DNA of 64,000 nt from NCBI GenBank assembly GCA_964016885.1, contig OZ024748.1:56544001-56608000 (forward strand), in the 5' to 3' direction. Numbering within the stretch: the stretch's first letter is position 1; each line of letters opens with the position of its first letter. The position numbers and the translations under genes were made by a program. The notes beneath the pieces were generated by a model that was not told the DNA's origin, searched no databases, and was given only the letters and a program-made list of their open reading frames with translations. Positions 1 to 14,111 of the stretch are shown piece by piece. The stretch is from Eledone cirrhosa. Its lineage: Eukaryota.

Positions 1-572
1 CCAACACCACCATCACCACCACCACCACAATCATCACCACCAACACCACCATCACCACCACCATAATCATCACCACCAACACCACCATCATTAACACCGC
101 CATCACCACTACCATAATCATCACCATCAACACTACCACCAACAACACCATAATTAACACCACCACCAACACCACCACCACCACCAACACTACCACCTTC
201 GTCACCAGAGTAATTCTACCCCTTTCAATCAGTGCTACCACCACCACCACCACCACCACCACCGATAACAACAACAACAATACTACCACAATTACTACAA
301 CCACTACCACTATTCCTACAATAAGCACTACCCATCTCCCACTTAATCATTGCCACCACCACCACCACCATCACCAATACCACCTCCACCTCCCATCACC
401 ACTTCCACCACCATCACCACCACCACCACCACCACCACCAATACCACCACCACCATCATCAACACCACCACCACCAACAACAATAACAACACGAACTTTA
501 TCACCATCACCACAGCAACAACAGCAACAACAACACAAACACCAACACATACGCACACACATACACACACAA

Positions 573-609
<37 letters not shown>

Positions 610-660
610 TACATAAAAACGTAAAAACGAAACAAAAGATACACAAAAATGAACTAAACA
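1..660. repeat. Degenerate (ACC)n/(AAC)n microsatellite followed by (CA)n
   Basis: Visible tri- and dinucleotide runs; the poly-Thr/Pro/Val ORFs are their translations. Confidence 0.95.
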
Positions 661-924
661 AAAACAAAAAAAAGGGGGAAAAAATGCAACTTGCTTATCC
701 TAAAGTCGGCCATCTTGAAATCTTTATTGATTTTTATGCCTACCTTCCATTTACCTAACCACACCTCCCAGCTTAATAATATTTCTCCCGGCGTTCGTTT
801 TCGTCCTTCCTCTCCTACATAAGACATTATTTACTTTTTTTATTTTTTCTATGTATTTATTTATTTATTTATCTCTCCCTACAGTAGGGTCCACAGCTAC
901 ACAGCGTTTTCTTCCATTTATTAT

Positions 925-1093
925 TGTCGTTGTTGTTGTAGCTGGAGAAGTATAATTGTAGATGTAGTAGTAGTAGTAGTAGCAGTAGTAGTAGTAGTAG
1001 TTGTTGTTGTTGTTCTTGCATTTGGTGTGGTAGTGTTTGTTGTTGTGTTTACTGCTGCGACTACTTTTGCTTTTGCTGCTGCTGTTGTTGTTG

Positions 1094-1138
<45 letters not shown>

Positions 1139-1140
1139 AA
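925..1140. repeat. Compound (GTA)n(GTT)n(GCT)n microsatellite
   Basis: Directly visible runs. Confidence 0.95.
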
Positions 1141-1423
1141 GCTGTCGTTCCATCTTTAAATCACCGTCTTTCTCTTCTTCATTTTTCTTACCTTCTCACT
1201 ATTTTTTTTTTTTTTTTTATTCATCTTTATCGTCATCAACAGCAGCAACCACTCATCCCCTGGCTTCTTCTCCTTCATCTTCCTCTTCTTCTTCCTTCTC
1301 CTCATCCTCCCCCCACCCTTCTCCCCCTTTTCTTCCCCCTGTCTCATCATTATCACCAACCTGCCAGAAGTTACAACCAAATTTCCCTCTTTTCTTAAGA
1401 AAACACAGTGGATAATACACAGT

Positions 1424-1711
1424 GAAAAGAAAATCACATGAGATGGTCATGGCCAGAGTGCACTGCTCTATTAGGTCTGCTCTATGCGTAAACACCACCA
1501 CTACAGTCGTCATTTATCATCATCATCGTCGTCACCATTATATCATCATATTAATCATCATCCTCACGAAAAGAAAATCACATGAGATGGTCATGGCCAA
1601 AGTGCACTGCTCTATTAGGTCTGATCTATGCGTAAACACCACCACTACAGTCGTCATTTATCATCATCATCGTCGTCACCATTATATCATCATATTAATC
1701 ATCATCCTCAC
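1424..1711. repeat. 144-bp tandem duplication, 2 near-identical copies, running into a degenerate (CAT)n tract to ~2030
   Basis: gaaaagaaaatcacatgagatggtcatggcc...atcatcctcac begins at 1424 and again at 1568, with about 2 substitutions. Confidence 0.95.
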
Positions 1712-2465
1712 CATCATCAACACCATCCTCACCACCATGTCATCATCATCATCATCATCATCAACATCATCATATCACCATCATTATCATCATCATCATC
1801 ATCATCCTCATCCTCACCATTATGTCACCAATAGTATCATCACCATCATTATCATCATCATATCCACATATTTATCATCATCATCAACATCATCACCATC
1901 ATCATCATCATCATCACCCTCACCATCATATCACCACCATTATCATCATCATCATCAACAGCATATCCACATCGTTATCATCATCATCATCAACATCATC
2001 ACCATCAGCACAACTATTATCCTCATATCATTAAAAAACGTTTCTCAATTTTTTTTTCTTGTCTAATTTCCACTTTTCATCCATATTCGCTGTAAAATAT
2101 TCCGTCCAACGTGACTGATGATTTTATTGATATTCGGCACAGCATGAATGCCTCAAACATTCATATTTCAATCACCACCACTATCCATCCTGGCCTATCT
2201 GATAACCTTGTTCCATATGCTACATATATGTTTTGTAGTCTAGGACTTTTTTCCCTTTTAATGCTCCTTACTTTACAGAACATGAAATTTAAAAAAAAAC
2301 ACAATCGCACTGGCAAAATGGCACGATCGTCTCGTAAATCACATTTGTGCCGCTTTTAAAGTAACTTCGAAGTACCCGTAAGAATGGCGGGATTTATTTA
2401 AGCGTTGAATAAATAAGGCAAAAGTAATTTGTGTGAAACCCGTACATTGGTGTATCTGCATCACC

Positions 2466-2510
<45 letters not shown>

Positions 2511-2550
2511 CTCTCTACATTCATATATATACACATATATATATATATAT

Positions 2551-2643
2551 TAAAATAACAGATTAAAGCTTAAGCAAAAAATCGCTGCTTTCACCCTTAA
2601 CGGGATCTTAGTCTTTGGATTTTAGTCTTCACATTTATTATTA
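2551..2643. mobile_element. Fold-back family A, internally deleted copy next to (TA)n
   Basis: Left part matches 4700-4750; right part is the reverse complement of 4609-4635. Confidence 0.75.
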
Positions 2644-3907
2644 TATGTCAGTGTAGGTATAAAGTACACCCTGATAAATGCTTACCGAATAAAAATTGAA
2701 GCCACTACAATCCGCCTCGGGTTTTACGTTCCTATATATATATATATATATATTGATACTTGCTTTGTTGTTTATCTGTAAGAGTTGTGATATGACTACC
2801 GTTGATAAATGAGATTTGATTAGGCAAAAGCACTCAACGTCAGTTGTATCTCTCCATGAACGGATTAACAAATATGAAATAATAGTAAAGACAAAATTAT
2901 GTCTTAACGTGTATTCTACAAGCACACACACATACACGCACACACATACTCATATATACATATATATATATATATTATTCAAATATTTTGAATAATATTA
3001 AATACTCCAGATAATATTGTCGAGTGCTTCTAATCTATTGTAAAATTGAATTCGTTGAATAATCAACGAACCATATAAACTTTTGGTTATATATATATAA
3101 ATGTTTAGTATACATGAGTTTTATGCAAACGTTTGTGTACATATGTTCATATTCATACGAAAATACATACACTTCATCTATTCTACATAAACCATCGATG
3201 GACCCTTGATGTGGTCCCAACATTTCTTATAAATCGCAGGGAGATATCTTTCATATCAAACATCTTGAGGAGATTAGGTCACACTAGTTCACATAGTCCT
3301 AAATACGAAAAATGTGGTCTTCAAGACACCATTGCCATCCATCATGGCTGCTATAACGGTGTTTTATATGAGAGAAATACAATTTTGTTTTATTTTCCAG
3401 TATTACACTTTATCTCCAGCCGCTGTGTTGTACGTAATAATGTAGGTTTGTATTAGCAGTTTCAGTTATCATATTTCTAATCAAAATATTAAAACGAAAT
3501 AAAAAAATTTAGAGCAATTTAAAAAAAAGTAACAAATGTTTGCATTAAGTTATTGCTTGGGGCATAACATAGAAAATGTTCTTACATAAATTCAAGAAGG
3601 AAAGATTTTATATCGATATAAAAACATTGACTCAAACAGCTTTGTATTGGAATACGAGGGGCTGTTTTGGACGGTTTTGTATAATTTTTTTTTAAAGAAT
3701 AAATTGTTGACATATTTCGTATAGTGAACAAAGATGACGTTAAAAGTAGTTTTGAGGTGAATGGATATTTAGATCTGATCAAAAACAAATACAAGTTAGA
3801 CGATTTCAAATTCATAATGAATTTTAAAACTATCTAAAAATGGAGTACATTGTTTAAACAGAAAATACGTCTCAATAGTCTATGCAATTGCATTTATATA
3901 TGCATGC

Positions 3908-3952
<45 letters not shown>

Positions 3953-3955
<3 letters not shown>

Positions 3956-4172
3956 AAAAGGTAAACAGAAATAACAACACAATTGGTACAGTATAAGGAA
4001 GGGGTATATTAGGTTAACGCTTGATATATCAGGAAGAGGGTCTTAACGTTTCGGACGCTAGTCTTTCATCAGAAGAAAGAATGAGAAATAAAATAGATTG
4101 AGGGGACGGGTTGGTTGGAATTGGAAAAAACTGTCTTTAGATAAAAATAACAGGTCTATTCATGTTGACACA
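3953..4172 (-). mobile_element. Family B PLE pseudo-LTR-like fragment carrying an HHR
   Basis: Homologous to 28607-28828, flanked by microsatellites, HHR motif at 4041-4075 on the minus strand. Confidence 0.7.
4041..4075 (-). ncRNA. Minimal type I hammerhead ribozyme motif
   Basis: Minus strand TCTT CTGATGA AAGAC-TAGC-GTCC GAAAC GTTA AGA. The 28.7 kb copy supports a GGAC/GTCC stem II; stem III is the palindrome AACGTT. Confidence 0.7.
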
Positions 4173-4179
4173 TATATAT

Positions 4180-4343
<164 letters not shown>

Positions 4344-4442
4344 ATATATATTTATATATATATATATACATGTATGTATATATATTTATATATATATACA
4401 TGTATGTATATATATTTATATATATATATATATATGTATATA

Positions 4443-4517
<75 letters not shown>

Positions 4518-4600
4518 ATATATCTTTATATATATACACATGTATGTATATATCTTTATATATATACACATGTATGTATATATATATATATATATATTTA

Positions 4601-4816
4601 TAGTAATAATAATAAATGTGAAGACTAAAATCCAAAGAGGGCTCGATAAGGATAAATATATATCAAATATATAAGCACCCTAGAGCAAATATTTATTACA
4701 ATAACAGATTAAAGTTTAAGCAAATAATCGCTGCTTTCACCCTTTATGGGAACTTCTAAAGATCCCGCTAAACAGCGGTTCTTTGCTTAAACTTTAATGT
4801 TATTTTAATAAATGTA
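4601..4816 (-). mobile_element. Fold-back family A, most complete copy (asymmetric hairpin plus ~90-nt tail) in (TA)n
   Basis: 4692-4755 is an inverted match to 4757-4814. Other copies at 2551, 27763, 34249 and 52782. Degenerate HHR-like AAGA-TCCC-GTTAA-GGGT-GAAA. Confidence 0.75.
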
Positions 4817-4837
4817 TATATATATTATATATATATC

Positions 4838-5100
4838 ACAGAAAAAAAGAGAATCAGTGTTGCGACGAAAGGAATTTATTGGACATATTACAATTGTTTC
4901 TCGGGCGACCAGCTTGAGGCCCGATCGATGTGGTGATCAAACCTGACTCAGAAATCGCGCGGTCCTCAGATACGTCTCGATTCTACGATGCAGATTTTCC
5001 TATTCGAGACGTATCCGATGACCGCGCGATTTCTGAGTCAGGTTTGATCACCACATCGATCGTGCCTCGAGCTGGTCGCCAGAGAAACAATTATTATATA
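4838..5100. mobile_element. Fold-back element (~95-bp arms), each arm carrying an extended-stem-II HHR motif
   Basis: 4885-4982 is an inverted match to 5002-5099; TA-rich flanks. Confidence 0.85.
4884..4974 (-). ncRNA. Type I HHR with 62-nt stem II extension (mirror copy at 5010-5099, + strand)
   Basis: Minus strand CGTAT CTGAGGA [62 nt] GAAAC AATT GTA ATATG tcc AATAAA. Stem I is CGTAT/ATATG; the mirror arm core reads CCGATGA. Confidence 0.7.
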
Positions 5101-5227
5101 ATTATCTTCAGTTGTTAATAATCTCCTTACATAACAAACATTTGGCTCAACACTAATTACCACCACTATTATAAACCTACAAATCCACCATCAAATTACT
5201 CTCCGAAAAACAACATCACGAAATCTC

Positions 5228-5455
5228 TATCAGAAACGCAACGACGTTTATCTACCCTAACCCGATCATCGTTAATAACAACACAAACATATTTATCAAC
5301 ACCTTCACCACCAATAGAGCTCTGAAAGAAACGCAACGACGTTTAACAATACCAACACCGCTATCAGATCGTTGATAGCAACACAGCAAAGTTTATCAAC
5401 ATCAACACCACACCACAATTAGACCACTGAACAATCGCAAGAAGGTTTATCATAA
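5228..5455. repeat. Degenerate ~97-bp tandem repeat, about 2.3 units
   Basis: agaaacgcaacgacgttta at ~5232 and ~5327, diverged at ~5430; tttatcaaca recurs at the same spacing. Confidence 0.6.
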
Positions 5456-5648
5456 TAAAGAAGGCCTCTCTACACAGGTAACATCAATTTCATCATGAAG
5501 CTTCCATGTAGATTCTTTATCGATTAGAATCATCAACCAAATTTCAATCTAACTATACGTTTTGAAGCGACATGTCACAGTGGAGCCGCATGTTATACAA
5601 AATACCATAATGTACATGGATAGGACGGATTTTATCATACGTATCCTA

Positions 5649-5868
5649 AGGTGGTGGATTGGCAGTATTGATAGAGCGGTGGGCGCCATGCTTCGTGGCA
5701 TAGAGTTATGTACCTTTATTTTCGGAGTTCACATCCCGTCGAGTTGAGCTTTGCCTTTCATCCTTACGAGGTCGATAAAATAAAGTACCAGTAATGTACT
5801 AGCGTCGATTTAATCGACATTTTTTCTCCCCTAAAATTGCTGGCCTTGTGACTATAGTAGAAATCATT
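5649..5868 (+). mobile_element. tRNA-derived SINE family S1 (variant with extra gtcgatttaatcgac hairpin)
   Basis: A-box-like ggtggattggcagtattg, B-box-like gagttcac, and the central tttgcctttcatccttacgaggtcgataaaataaagtaccag block shared with about 20 copies. Confidence 0.85.
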
Positions 5869-6896
5869 CTACGACTCTTCGATCAGGGAAGATCTAGGCT
5901 GGCATGTTCATTTATTTGTTTGATCTTATAGAAATTGCAGCCATATATAACATACGAATGTCGGGTGAAACGTTCCTAGTCTGAAAAGTTCCTAGGCAGA
6001 AAATCTCATAAGCTGACAAATATGCTCTCATGGAATGAGCAAATGAGATTTATTTTACAACACGGTTCCTTGAAAGAAATAATGGAGAAATTAACGCATG
6101 TAAAATTTCAGAGCAATCTTTCATAGTCAGCCTCTGAAAATTTCAGCCAAACCTTCTACGCTACACATTGCATTCTTCAAAACGGAAAATACGAACATAC
6201 TTGCAGCGTATTTGATCATATATCGGCTAAATCCGGGACCACGAAAGACTAAATTACACCATTATCAGGAAGGGTCCTTTTCATATGCAGATAGAAAACT
6301 TCAGCTAAAATTCTGCCACATAATATCATACCACTTTCATAAGGGGTAATATAACCCGGGGTATATTATAGGTGACATCGTTATTGTCCGGCTTTTGATT
6401 ATATGAGATGTGAATCAGATTTTAAAATAGTCGAAAATGCAAAACTATTTTCCAAGGGAAATTCTTTCAAGGTAACTTGTTAAAGATAGCATCCAAATCT
6501 AGCTGAAATTCCAGTTTAACAAAGAAATGTTGTGATATGTTGGATAGAAAAGGCCTCACTAGGCTGAGTCAGAATTTCAGATTGGATGGTCATACTTGAA
6601 ATCTAGTTTCGCAAATGTTTGCAAATATTTTAATAATAGATGAACTGAAACAACTACAAGAATTACTACAACAACAATTACAACTACAACTATTACTATT
6701 ACTATTTCTACTACTACAACTACCACCAACATCATCACAGCATCAAAAACCACAACCACAACCACCACTACTACTACTAATACGACTACAATTACTACTA
6801 CCACCAACAACAACCGCTACTACTACTATGATTTCTATATTAACACTCTACATCTCACGTCTGCTGACATATACCTAAATGATAAAAGTTGAGAGA

Positions 6897-6953
<57 letters not shown>

Positions 6954-7100
6954 TATTCCTTGAAATGCATAAAAACTAGGAATAAGATCCGATAGCAGTC
7001 TCTCCCGAAAGCTACGTTGCTAATAACTTGCAGCAACTGCAACAAAAAGAATATCATTACGAAATTGCTTAGACAGTTAGAATAGATAAAGTATTTATAC

Positions 7101-7142
<42 letters not shown>

Positions 7143-7181
7143 CTATGTATATATGTATATAAATATAGATAGATATTTACA

Positions 7182-7233
<52 letters not shown>

Positions 7234-7255
7234 TGTAAATATCTATCTATATATG

Positions 7256-7353
7256 TCGGGGTTAAACATTTTCCTATTACCCTCTCTACTATCCTAAATA
7301 TTGAGTACTCTGGTGCGTTATGGTCCATCTGGTTCCTTGCCACATCTCCTTCG

Positions 7354-7356
<3 letters not shown>
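7256..7356 (+). mobile_element. Family C terminal fragment in (TA)n
   Basis: Reverse-complement match to 41518-41620 and direct match to 42175-42264. Confidence 0.8.
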
Positions 7357-7392
<36 letters not shown>

Positions 7393-7420
7393 TTATATAG
7401 ATATATAGATATACATACAT

Positions 7421-7462
<42 letters not shown>

Positions 7463-7620
7463 TTTTTTTATAGAGAGATATACATTACTTACATATATGT
7501 GTATATATATATACATATATATATACATATATAAGGTATATAGATATACATACATGCATATATTTATATATATATATAGATAGATATATACATATATGTA
7601 ATGTATATCTATCTATCTAT

Positions 7621-8035
7621 CTAGGGCGGGTAAATTTCCCGAGAACCACGGACGAGTTCTCTCCAGCGGTCTCTGTCCCTCATTATCGCTGCCATGTCCT
7701 GCGTCTCCAACAGACCAGTGTCTGTCCTTAGCGCATCAACATACGTTAACCTTGGTCTTCCCCTTCTAGTGTGTCCATGTAGGGGCTCCCACAGGAGCAC
7801 TGAGTGCAATGTCAACTCTGGATGTCGGTGAGCATGTCCAGCTAACCTCAGTCTCCTTGGTGTCACTTTTGAGCTGACTTTTGGGAGGATCCCATACAGC
7901 TCTGAGTTTTTTATCCTCAGTGTATACTGATTAATGTTCAGAGCCATCCTCAGCTTTCTCGTCTAGCACCCATCCACCATCTGAGTGAGTTTCTTGGTCA
8001 GTGTCCAAGTCTCAGACCCGTACAGCAGCAGAGAC
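7621..8035 (-). mobile_element. RTE-like non-LTR retrotransposon 3' fragment, copy 1
   Basis: Encodes RRLRLAGHAHRH...RRGRPRLTYVD...RDRWR, a typical RTE-like RT C-terminus; stop codon runs into a (TAGA)n tail. Confidence 0.9.
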
Positions 8036-8077
8036 TGTATATAATATCATAAATTTCCGTAGGTTTCTTTATATTTC

Positions 8078-8120
8078 GTCAAGGCTCTTTCGTCACACAT
8101 TTTGTGACTTCATCAGAGAC
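8078..8120 (-). ncRNA. Type I HHR motif with degenerate stem III/I
   Basis: Minus strand GTCT CTGATGA A GTCACA-aaatg-TGTGAC GAAAG AGCCTT GAC; perfect 6-bp stem II. Confidence 0.6.
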
Positions 8121-8253
8121 AAGGTGTTAATTTTGTGTGTCTCCTTTGTTCTGTTCTACACCACATTGTTCTATATATATATATATCATATGAAATATTC
8201 CACCCTTGAATACATAGTAACAGGCATATGCATATACATTGTGTGAAAAGTCC

Positions 8254-8322
<69 letters not shown>

Positions 8323-8634
8323 ATATACGTATATATTTCATATTGATATATAAATAAATATGTTTAGGGTATATTAAGAAATTGTTAGATTGATAGGTGA
8401 GTAAGCATGTGTCTACATAGCCATATATATATACATATTCTAACTCTGATATACATCAATATGTATATCAGAGTTAGATATATATGTGGGCAATCAAACA
8501 AATGCATAATTAAATAATAAGATTGTAGGATAAATTCAGTGTGGAAAGTTACGAAAATTGCGAAAATCATATAAAAGTAAATAAAAGTGTATATATTGAG
8601 ACGACCTCAGAGAGGGAGGGTCAAACCCACTCCC

Positions 8635-8752
<118 letters not shown>

Positions 8753-8871
8753 TGTGTGTGTGCGTGTGCGTGTGTGTGCAGATGTTGAATACTAATCGAA
8801 TCAGTAAAACAATGCTTGCCTGGTACGAATATCCGAAGAACCGAACAGCAAGTTTATCATAAATGTCAAAT

Positions 8872-8940
<69 letters not shown>

Positions 8941-8942
<2 letters not shown>

Positions 8943-9096
8943 GTAATTGTATGGTGAAGTTACTGGAGGTTCACCCAGGTGAGCACTCGATCTTTAGGTT
9001 CACGTCAGTGACGAAGTGAAGCTAGACATTGTGTAATATAATAATTGTGTCTATATAAATAATCGCAATGAAGGCTTAACAAATCGTCCTTTACAT

Positions 9097-9100
<4 letters not shown>
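8941..9100. mobile_element. Family D fold-back element, centrally deleted copy in (TA)n
   Basis: Left part matches 26590-26685; right part matches 27331-27365. Confidence 0.75.
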
Positions 9101-9164
<64 letters not shown>

Positions 9165-9168
<4 letters not shown>

Positions 9169-9359
9169 GAGAAGTAGAACACCGGTATGTAATATCCGTA
9201 GTGGTAGAGCACTGAGAACATGAAAGGAGTTTGGTAGAAGTAGTAACACAACAGTTAGTTCACCATACCGAGAACAATTGTTTCACCTTAAGCTGAAGAT
9301 CCGCATAAGGTGAAACAATTGTTCTCGGTATGGTGAACTAACTGTTGTGTTACTACATC

Positions 9360-9363
<4 letters not shown>
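9165..9363. mobile_element. Fold-back element with perfect 51-bp arms, flanked by (GA)n on the left and (TC)n on the right
   Basis: 9240-9290 is the exact reverse complement of 9306-9356. Confidence 0.9.
9290..9326 (+). ncRNA. Minimal type I HHR motif
   Basis: AAG CTGAAGA TCC-GCATAA-GGT GAAAC AATT GTT CTC; palindromic stem III ACAATTGT. Confidence 0.7.
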
Positions 9364-9421
<58 letters not shown>

Positions 9422-9528
9422 CTGAGGACATACCTTGTCGTGTGCTTTGCTAACTCATTCATATCGTAGGTCGAATTTGCTTGCACACCGCCAAAGATTC
9501 TATTTTACTAAGCCTCCAATTATATATA

Positions 9529-9593
<65 letters not shown>

Positions 9594-10045
9594 GTGTGTG
9601 TGTGTGTGTGTGTGTGTTTGTGTCTGAGTTTGTAAATATGTATATGGATAAATAATATTTTCTCAAGATCCTCTTCCGAATGAAAAAATATTTGGTAAAT
9701 TTTTGAAAATTCTTCATTAACAAGTGTCATCTAAACTCCCCAGGATCTCATTTACATGGGTCACCACAAGACTGTTGCTGACACACAACTTCAGTTGAGT
9801 GGACATTAAATGGTTCGCTCGAGAACAGAAATCAACTCATGGACCGGTTTTAAAAGACCATTGATATTATGATAGTAAGTTCAATAAATTAACCATTAGT
9901 TCACACACTTTCGTTTCAAACTATCCCACACACAAACTTGCATACATACACACATAATATATATATATATATGAGAGAGAGGGCGAGAGAGAGAGAGAGA
10001 TAATAATAGACACGTATATAAATATTTATAAAGAGAAAGAGAAAG

Positions 10046-10153
10046 ATAATTGTTTCTACTTTTGGCACAAGGCCAGCAATTAGCCAGTACATTACTGGTA
10101 CTTTATTTTATCGACCCCGTAAGGATGAAAGGCAAAGTTAACCTCGGTGGGAT
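10046..10153 (-). mobile_element. SINE S1 3' half, abutting (GATA)n (10151-10293)
   Basis: Matches the S1 central block and tail. Confidence 0.85.
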
Positions 10154-10196
10154 AGATAGATATATACATAGCGAAATAGAAAGATAGATATAGAAG

Positions 10197-10294
<98 letters not shown>

Positions 10295-11067
10295 AACTTT
10301 ATTGTTTAAATGGTTTGAAATTGGTATGTCGGGAAAGGTAGTCATAAACAGTATGGAACAGGTAAATTACCCAGCAATGGTATGTATTTTGAGAAACAAC
10401 TATAACATTTATATATTATAGTATGTATTCTTATGAATCTTTACTGAACTCTGTTTGACTCTGACACAATTGTGACATAAATATGACACTGCCACTCTAT
10501 CACATAATACTACATTCTATCACACCGTATCGTATGCACTCACAGCATATAAACACTAATAAGAAAGCAACATGTGAAGATACCGTTGCCAGCAACTATG
10601 TAAGAAATTGAAATAAGAAAAAGAGAAAAAAAAAAAAAAACGATGGTATCTTGAAGTTTTATTCATATTCTGAGGAAATTCTAGCAATAAAACGTCCAAG
10701 GGAGACAAGATATGTTGTACGATATATCATATATTTCTCATCTCTCCCACTCTCTGTGTGAATGGACAGTTATGTAAAAACAGATAATCACGCCCGCAGA
10801 GATACAGCAGTATATACACAGGCATACATACAGCTACTTAAACACACTCAAGATTACATGCACACTCTTACACACATACTCACACTCTCACACAGACACA
10901 CATACCGACATACGCTAACGCCAACCACGAGATATTTAAACATAAACACGAACGATTAAACACCTAGATATTTAAATGTATACACAATCATACAACATAA
11001 AGCATGTATCTATGAATCTACATAGATTTTACCACTGCAGTTCTCACACTCTATATCACTCTTTCAC

Positions 11068-11123
<56 letters not shown>

Positions 11124-11186
11124 TATATAGATATATATATATAGATATATATATATAGATATATAGATATATATACACACAAACAT

Positions 11187-11267
<81 letters not shown>

Positions 11268-11959
11268 AACATACACACACATACATATATATACACACAC
11301 ACAAACACACACACATGTATATATATATATATATATGTATACACACACAAACATACACACACACAAACACACACACATATATATATATATATACACACAC
11401 ATACATACACACACACAAACACATATACACAAACACACACACACATATACATATGTACACACACATACATATACACACATACATACTCACCGATTATATA
11501 TATATTATCTACATTTATATGCGTTTGTCTGCGTGTATATATATATATATATACATATATACACATATTTATATACACAAATGGGTATTACATATGTGTG
11601 TGTGTGTGTATGTGTGTGTGTATGTGTTTGTGTATGTGGGTGTGTGTGTGTGGGTGGGTGTGGACGTGTGTGGGTGTGGGCGTGTGTGTGTGTGTGTGTG
11701 TGTGCGTGTGTGTGTTAGAGAGAAAGATAGTTTATTTAATGCGGTTTTCAGCAATTTATGTCCAGTAAACCTATTTTCCCAAAATTTATATCACCTCTTA
11801 AACTGCCGGGAAACATTTTACTATTGTTCATTCTGTTGAAGCCTTATGTCTTAAAACAAAATCAAAACGTATTTGTTTCGCTAGAAAATATTACTGAGAT
11901 TATAACCCATGTATTTCTGGCGAAACATAAAACTGCCTGATAATACTGCTATATGTAGA

Positions 11960-12181
11960 TATCGACAGCCGATCGGCTTTCGGCAAATTGGACCGCGGAA
12001 ACAATTTTTCCGTTGGTCTTTCCAATTACTAATACTTTCTATCGGTCGCAACTCCAGGTAGAAGGAGCAACGTGAAATAAAGTGTCTTGCCCAAAGACAT
12101 AACGCATCGCTCCGTCCGGAAATCGAACTCACAACCTTACGATTGAGAGTCCAATTCTGTAACCATTCAGCCACGCGCCTT
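11960..12181 (-). mobile_element. tRNA-derived SINE family S2 with CORE-like segment
   Basis: Minus strand aggcgcgtggctgaatggttacag (A box), gagttcgatt (B box), gtgtctttgggcaagacactttatttcac (CORE-like). Confidence 0.8.
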
Positions 12182-12411
12182 GATCGTGTAGATATGTATA
12201 ATAACAATCTTCCGAACTTATTTTATCTTTGATTCCTCATATTTCTATCTGTACGTTTCGTTCTGACTTTGTGATTGCTCAATCGTCAAAGTTATCATAC
12301 ATCCTGTATATTCGTAATATAATATGTATTATAATTTAGACCAGGTTCCAGCTAACTAAATATTCGTAGCTGGAACAATGACATACGGATCACCATTATT
12401 AAATAGAGAAA

Positions 12412-12604
12412 GAGCGGTGGATTGGCAGTATCGGTAGAAGGTCGGACGCCATGCTTTGCAGCAAAGAGTTACGGCCCTTTATGATCTGAGTTCAAATCCC
12501 GCTGAGGCTAACTTTACCTTTCATCCTTAAGGGGTCGATAAAATATAGTACCAGTAATGTACTTGGTAATTGTTGGCCTTGTGCCATAAGTAGAAACAAT
12601 TATT
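12412..12604 (+). mobile_element. Full-length SINE S1 with 19-bp target-site duplication
   Basis: attattaaatagagaaaga at 12395-12413 and 12599-12617. Confidence 0.92.
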
Positions 12605-13194
12605 AAATAGAGAAAGATATCTTCAAAATTACAATAGGATTGCTTGGTCCTGCCTCACCTGTGTCTTTACTATAACGATAACCCTACCAAAGCTTTGGTA
12701 TTTATTACTGAACTATCAAATAAATGGTATGTAATTAGTCTATATCAACTGGCCATAGGGAGCATACATAGGAGGACTTTAAATACCAAAAATATACATA
12801 AGGAAAATATGAAATCTGGAAAAATATTGCTTTGATTCCAATAAGCTGGTTTGCTGAATATACCCGAAACAGGTTTAACATTATTCAACGCGAGGATGGG
12901 GGTGAAAAATGTTTTAAGTATACATGGTATTGGGTAAATGTTATGAACAACTTCGTTTGTAGTATAATGAAACAATTACATCGTGCAAACTCCATTGTGC
13001 CATATATACACAGACATTTCTTTTAAGGATTCTTTCATTTATAAATGTAATGTTTAATATGAAGGGTCAAAACATTCTTCGAACTTTAGCCACCTTATTC
13101 CTGACACAATGACGCTGTATCCATGTTATTGTGATTATATAACCAAAGTGTAACGAAATATATAGAGGCTACATTGACAGTCGATCAACAAGAT

Positions 13195-13432
13195 GCCAGA
13201 CCTCATTCGCTTAACCAGTGGGGTGTAGCTCGTCAAATCAGACAGTGGAAACAATGTTTCACTTGGTCATTCCAATTTCTAATACTATCTGTCGGTAGCA
13301 AATCCAAACAGAAGGAGCAACGTGAAATAAAGTGACTTGCTCAAGCACATAACGCATCTCCCGGACCAGCAATCGAAACCAAAACCTCACGATTTCCAAT
13401 CCAATTCTCTAACCACTCAGCCACGCGCCTTC
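13195..13432 (-). mobile_element. SINE S2 copy
   Basis: Homologous to 11960-12181 and 33759-33972. Confidence 0.8.
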
Positions 13433-13935
13433 ACATATTATACATTAATACTGAGACGTTAACAGGAAACTAAGTGAATGTAAGAGATTTTACGTTGTAG
13501 CTCTTTCAGTTTCAACACACTCCACACAAGTGAATTGCCAAAAAAAGTGCAACCAGAAAATATTAAACTATTTGATTACTACACCGTGTGGCCTTCAGAT
13601 TAATTTTAATATCAAATACAGTGTCTCCTATGTAAGTTTGCTTCATAGATTATCAATAATGGTAATGAAAATTTCATCATCATAACTCTTTTAATTATGG
13701 AAACAGGCCATGAACTCCAGTAAAAAAGGAAAGTTTGATAAATATTTATTAGAATTAATTAAAGGAAACGAAGCGGCAAAAGCACGTAAGACAACCTACT
13801 ACTTATATAATCTTCGTATTAGGATTAATGGTCCTTTACGTGCAATGAAATTTATGTTCCATTTAAATGAGGAACATAAATGTTAGAAGAAACTTGACTG
13901 CTGATGTAAAATATTCATATTTTTCGTAAATATAA

Positions 13936-13970
<35 letters not shown>

Positions 13971-14079
13971 TGAGTGTCAATCGAATTCTGCGCATATCCA
14001 AGTATATATAAACACAGACCCACGCATACACACACATATATATTATATATATATAATATATATGTATATGCTTATACAA

Positions 14080-14111
<32 letters not shown>

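Noticed and set aside
343-2066. Poly-Thr/Val/Ala/His/Ser ORFs
   Set aside because: Trinucleotide microsatellites open in several frames on both strands; no domain content.
5028-5075. SECIS interpretation of TGAG...CGAG in the HHR insert
   Set aside because: The GA pairs are out of register with the stem, there is no conserved apical AA, the other two families lack the TGA, and no linked UGA-containing ORF is seen.
5953-6230. Possible mariner TIR and transposase start remnant
   Set aside because: Only a vague resemblance; no partner TIR or readable transposase frame.
12412-12500. tRNA genes suggested by A/B boxes in S1 and S2 heads
   Set aside because: No convincing cloverleaf; they continue into shared SINE bodies with tails and TSDs.
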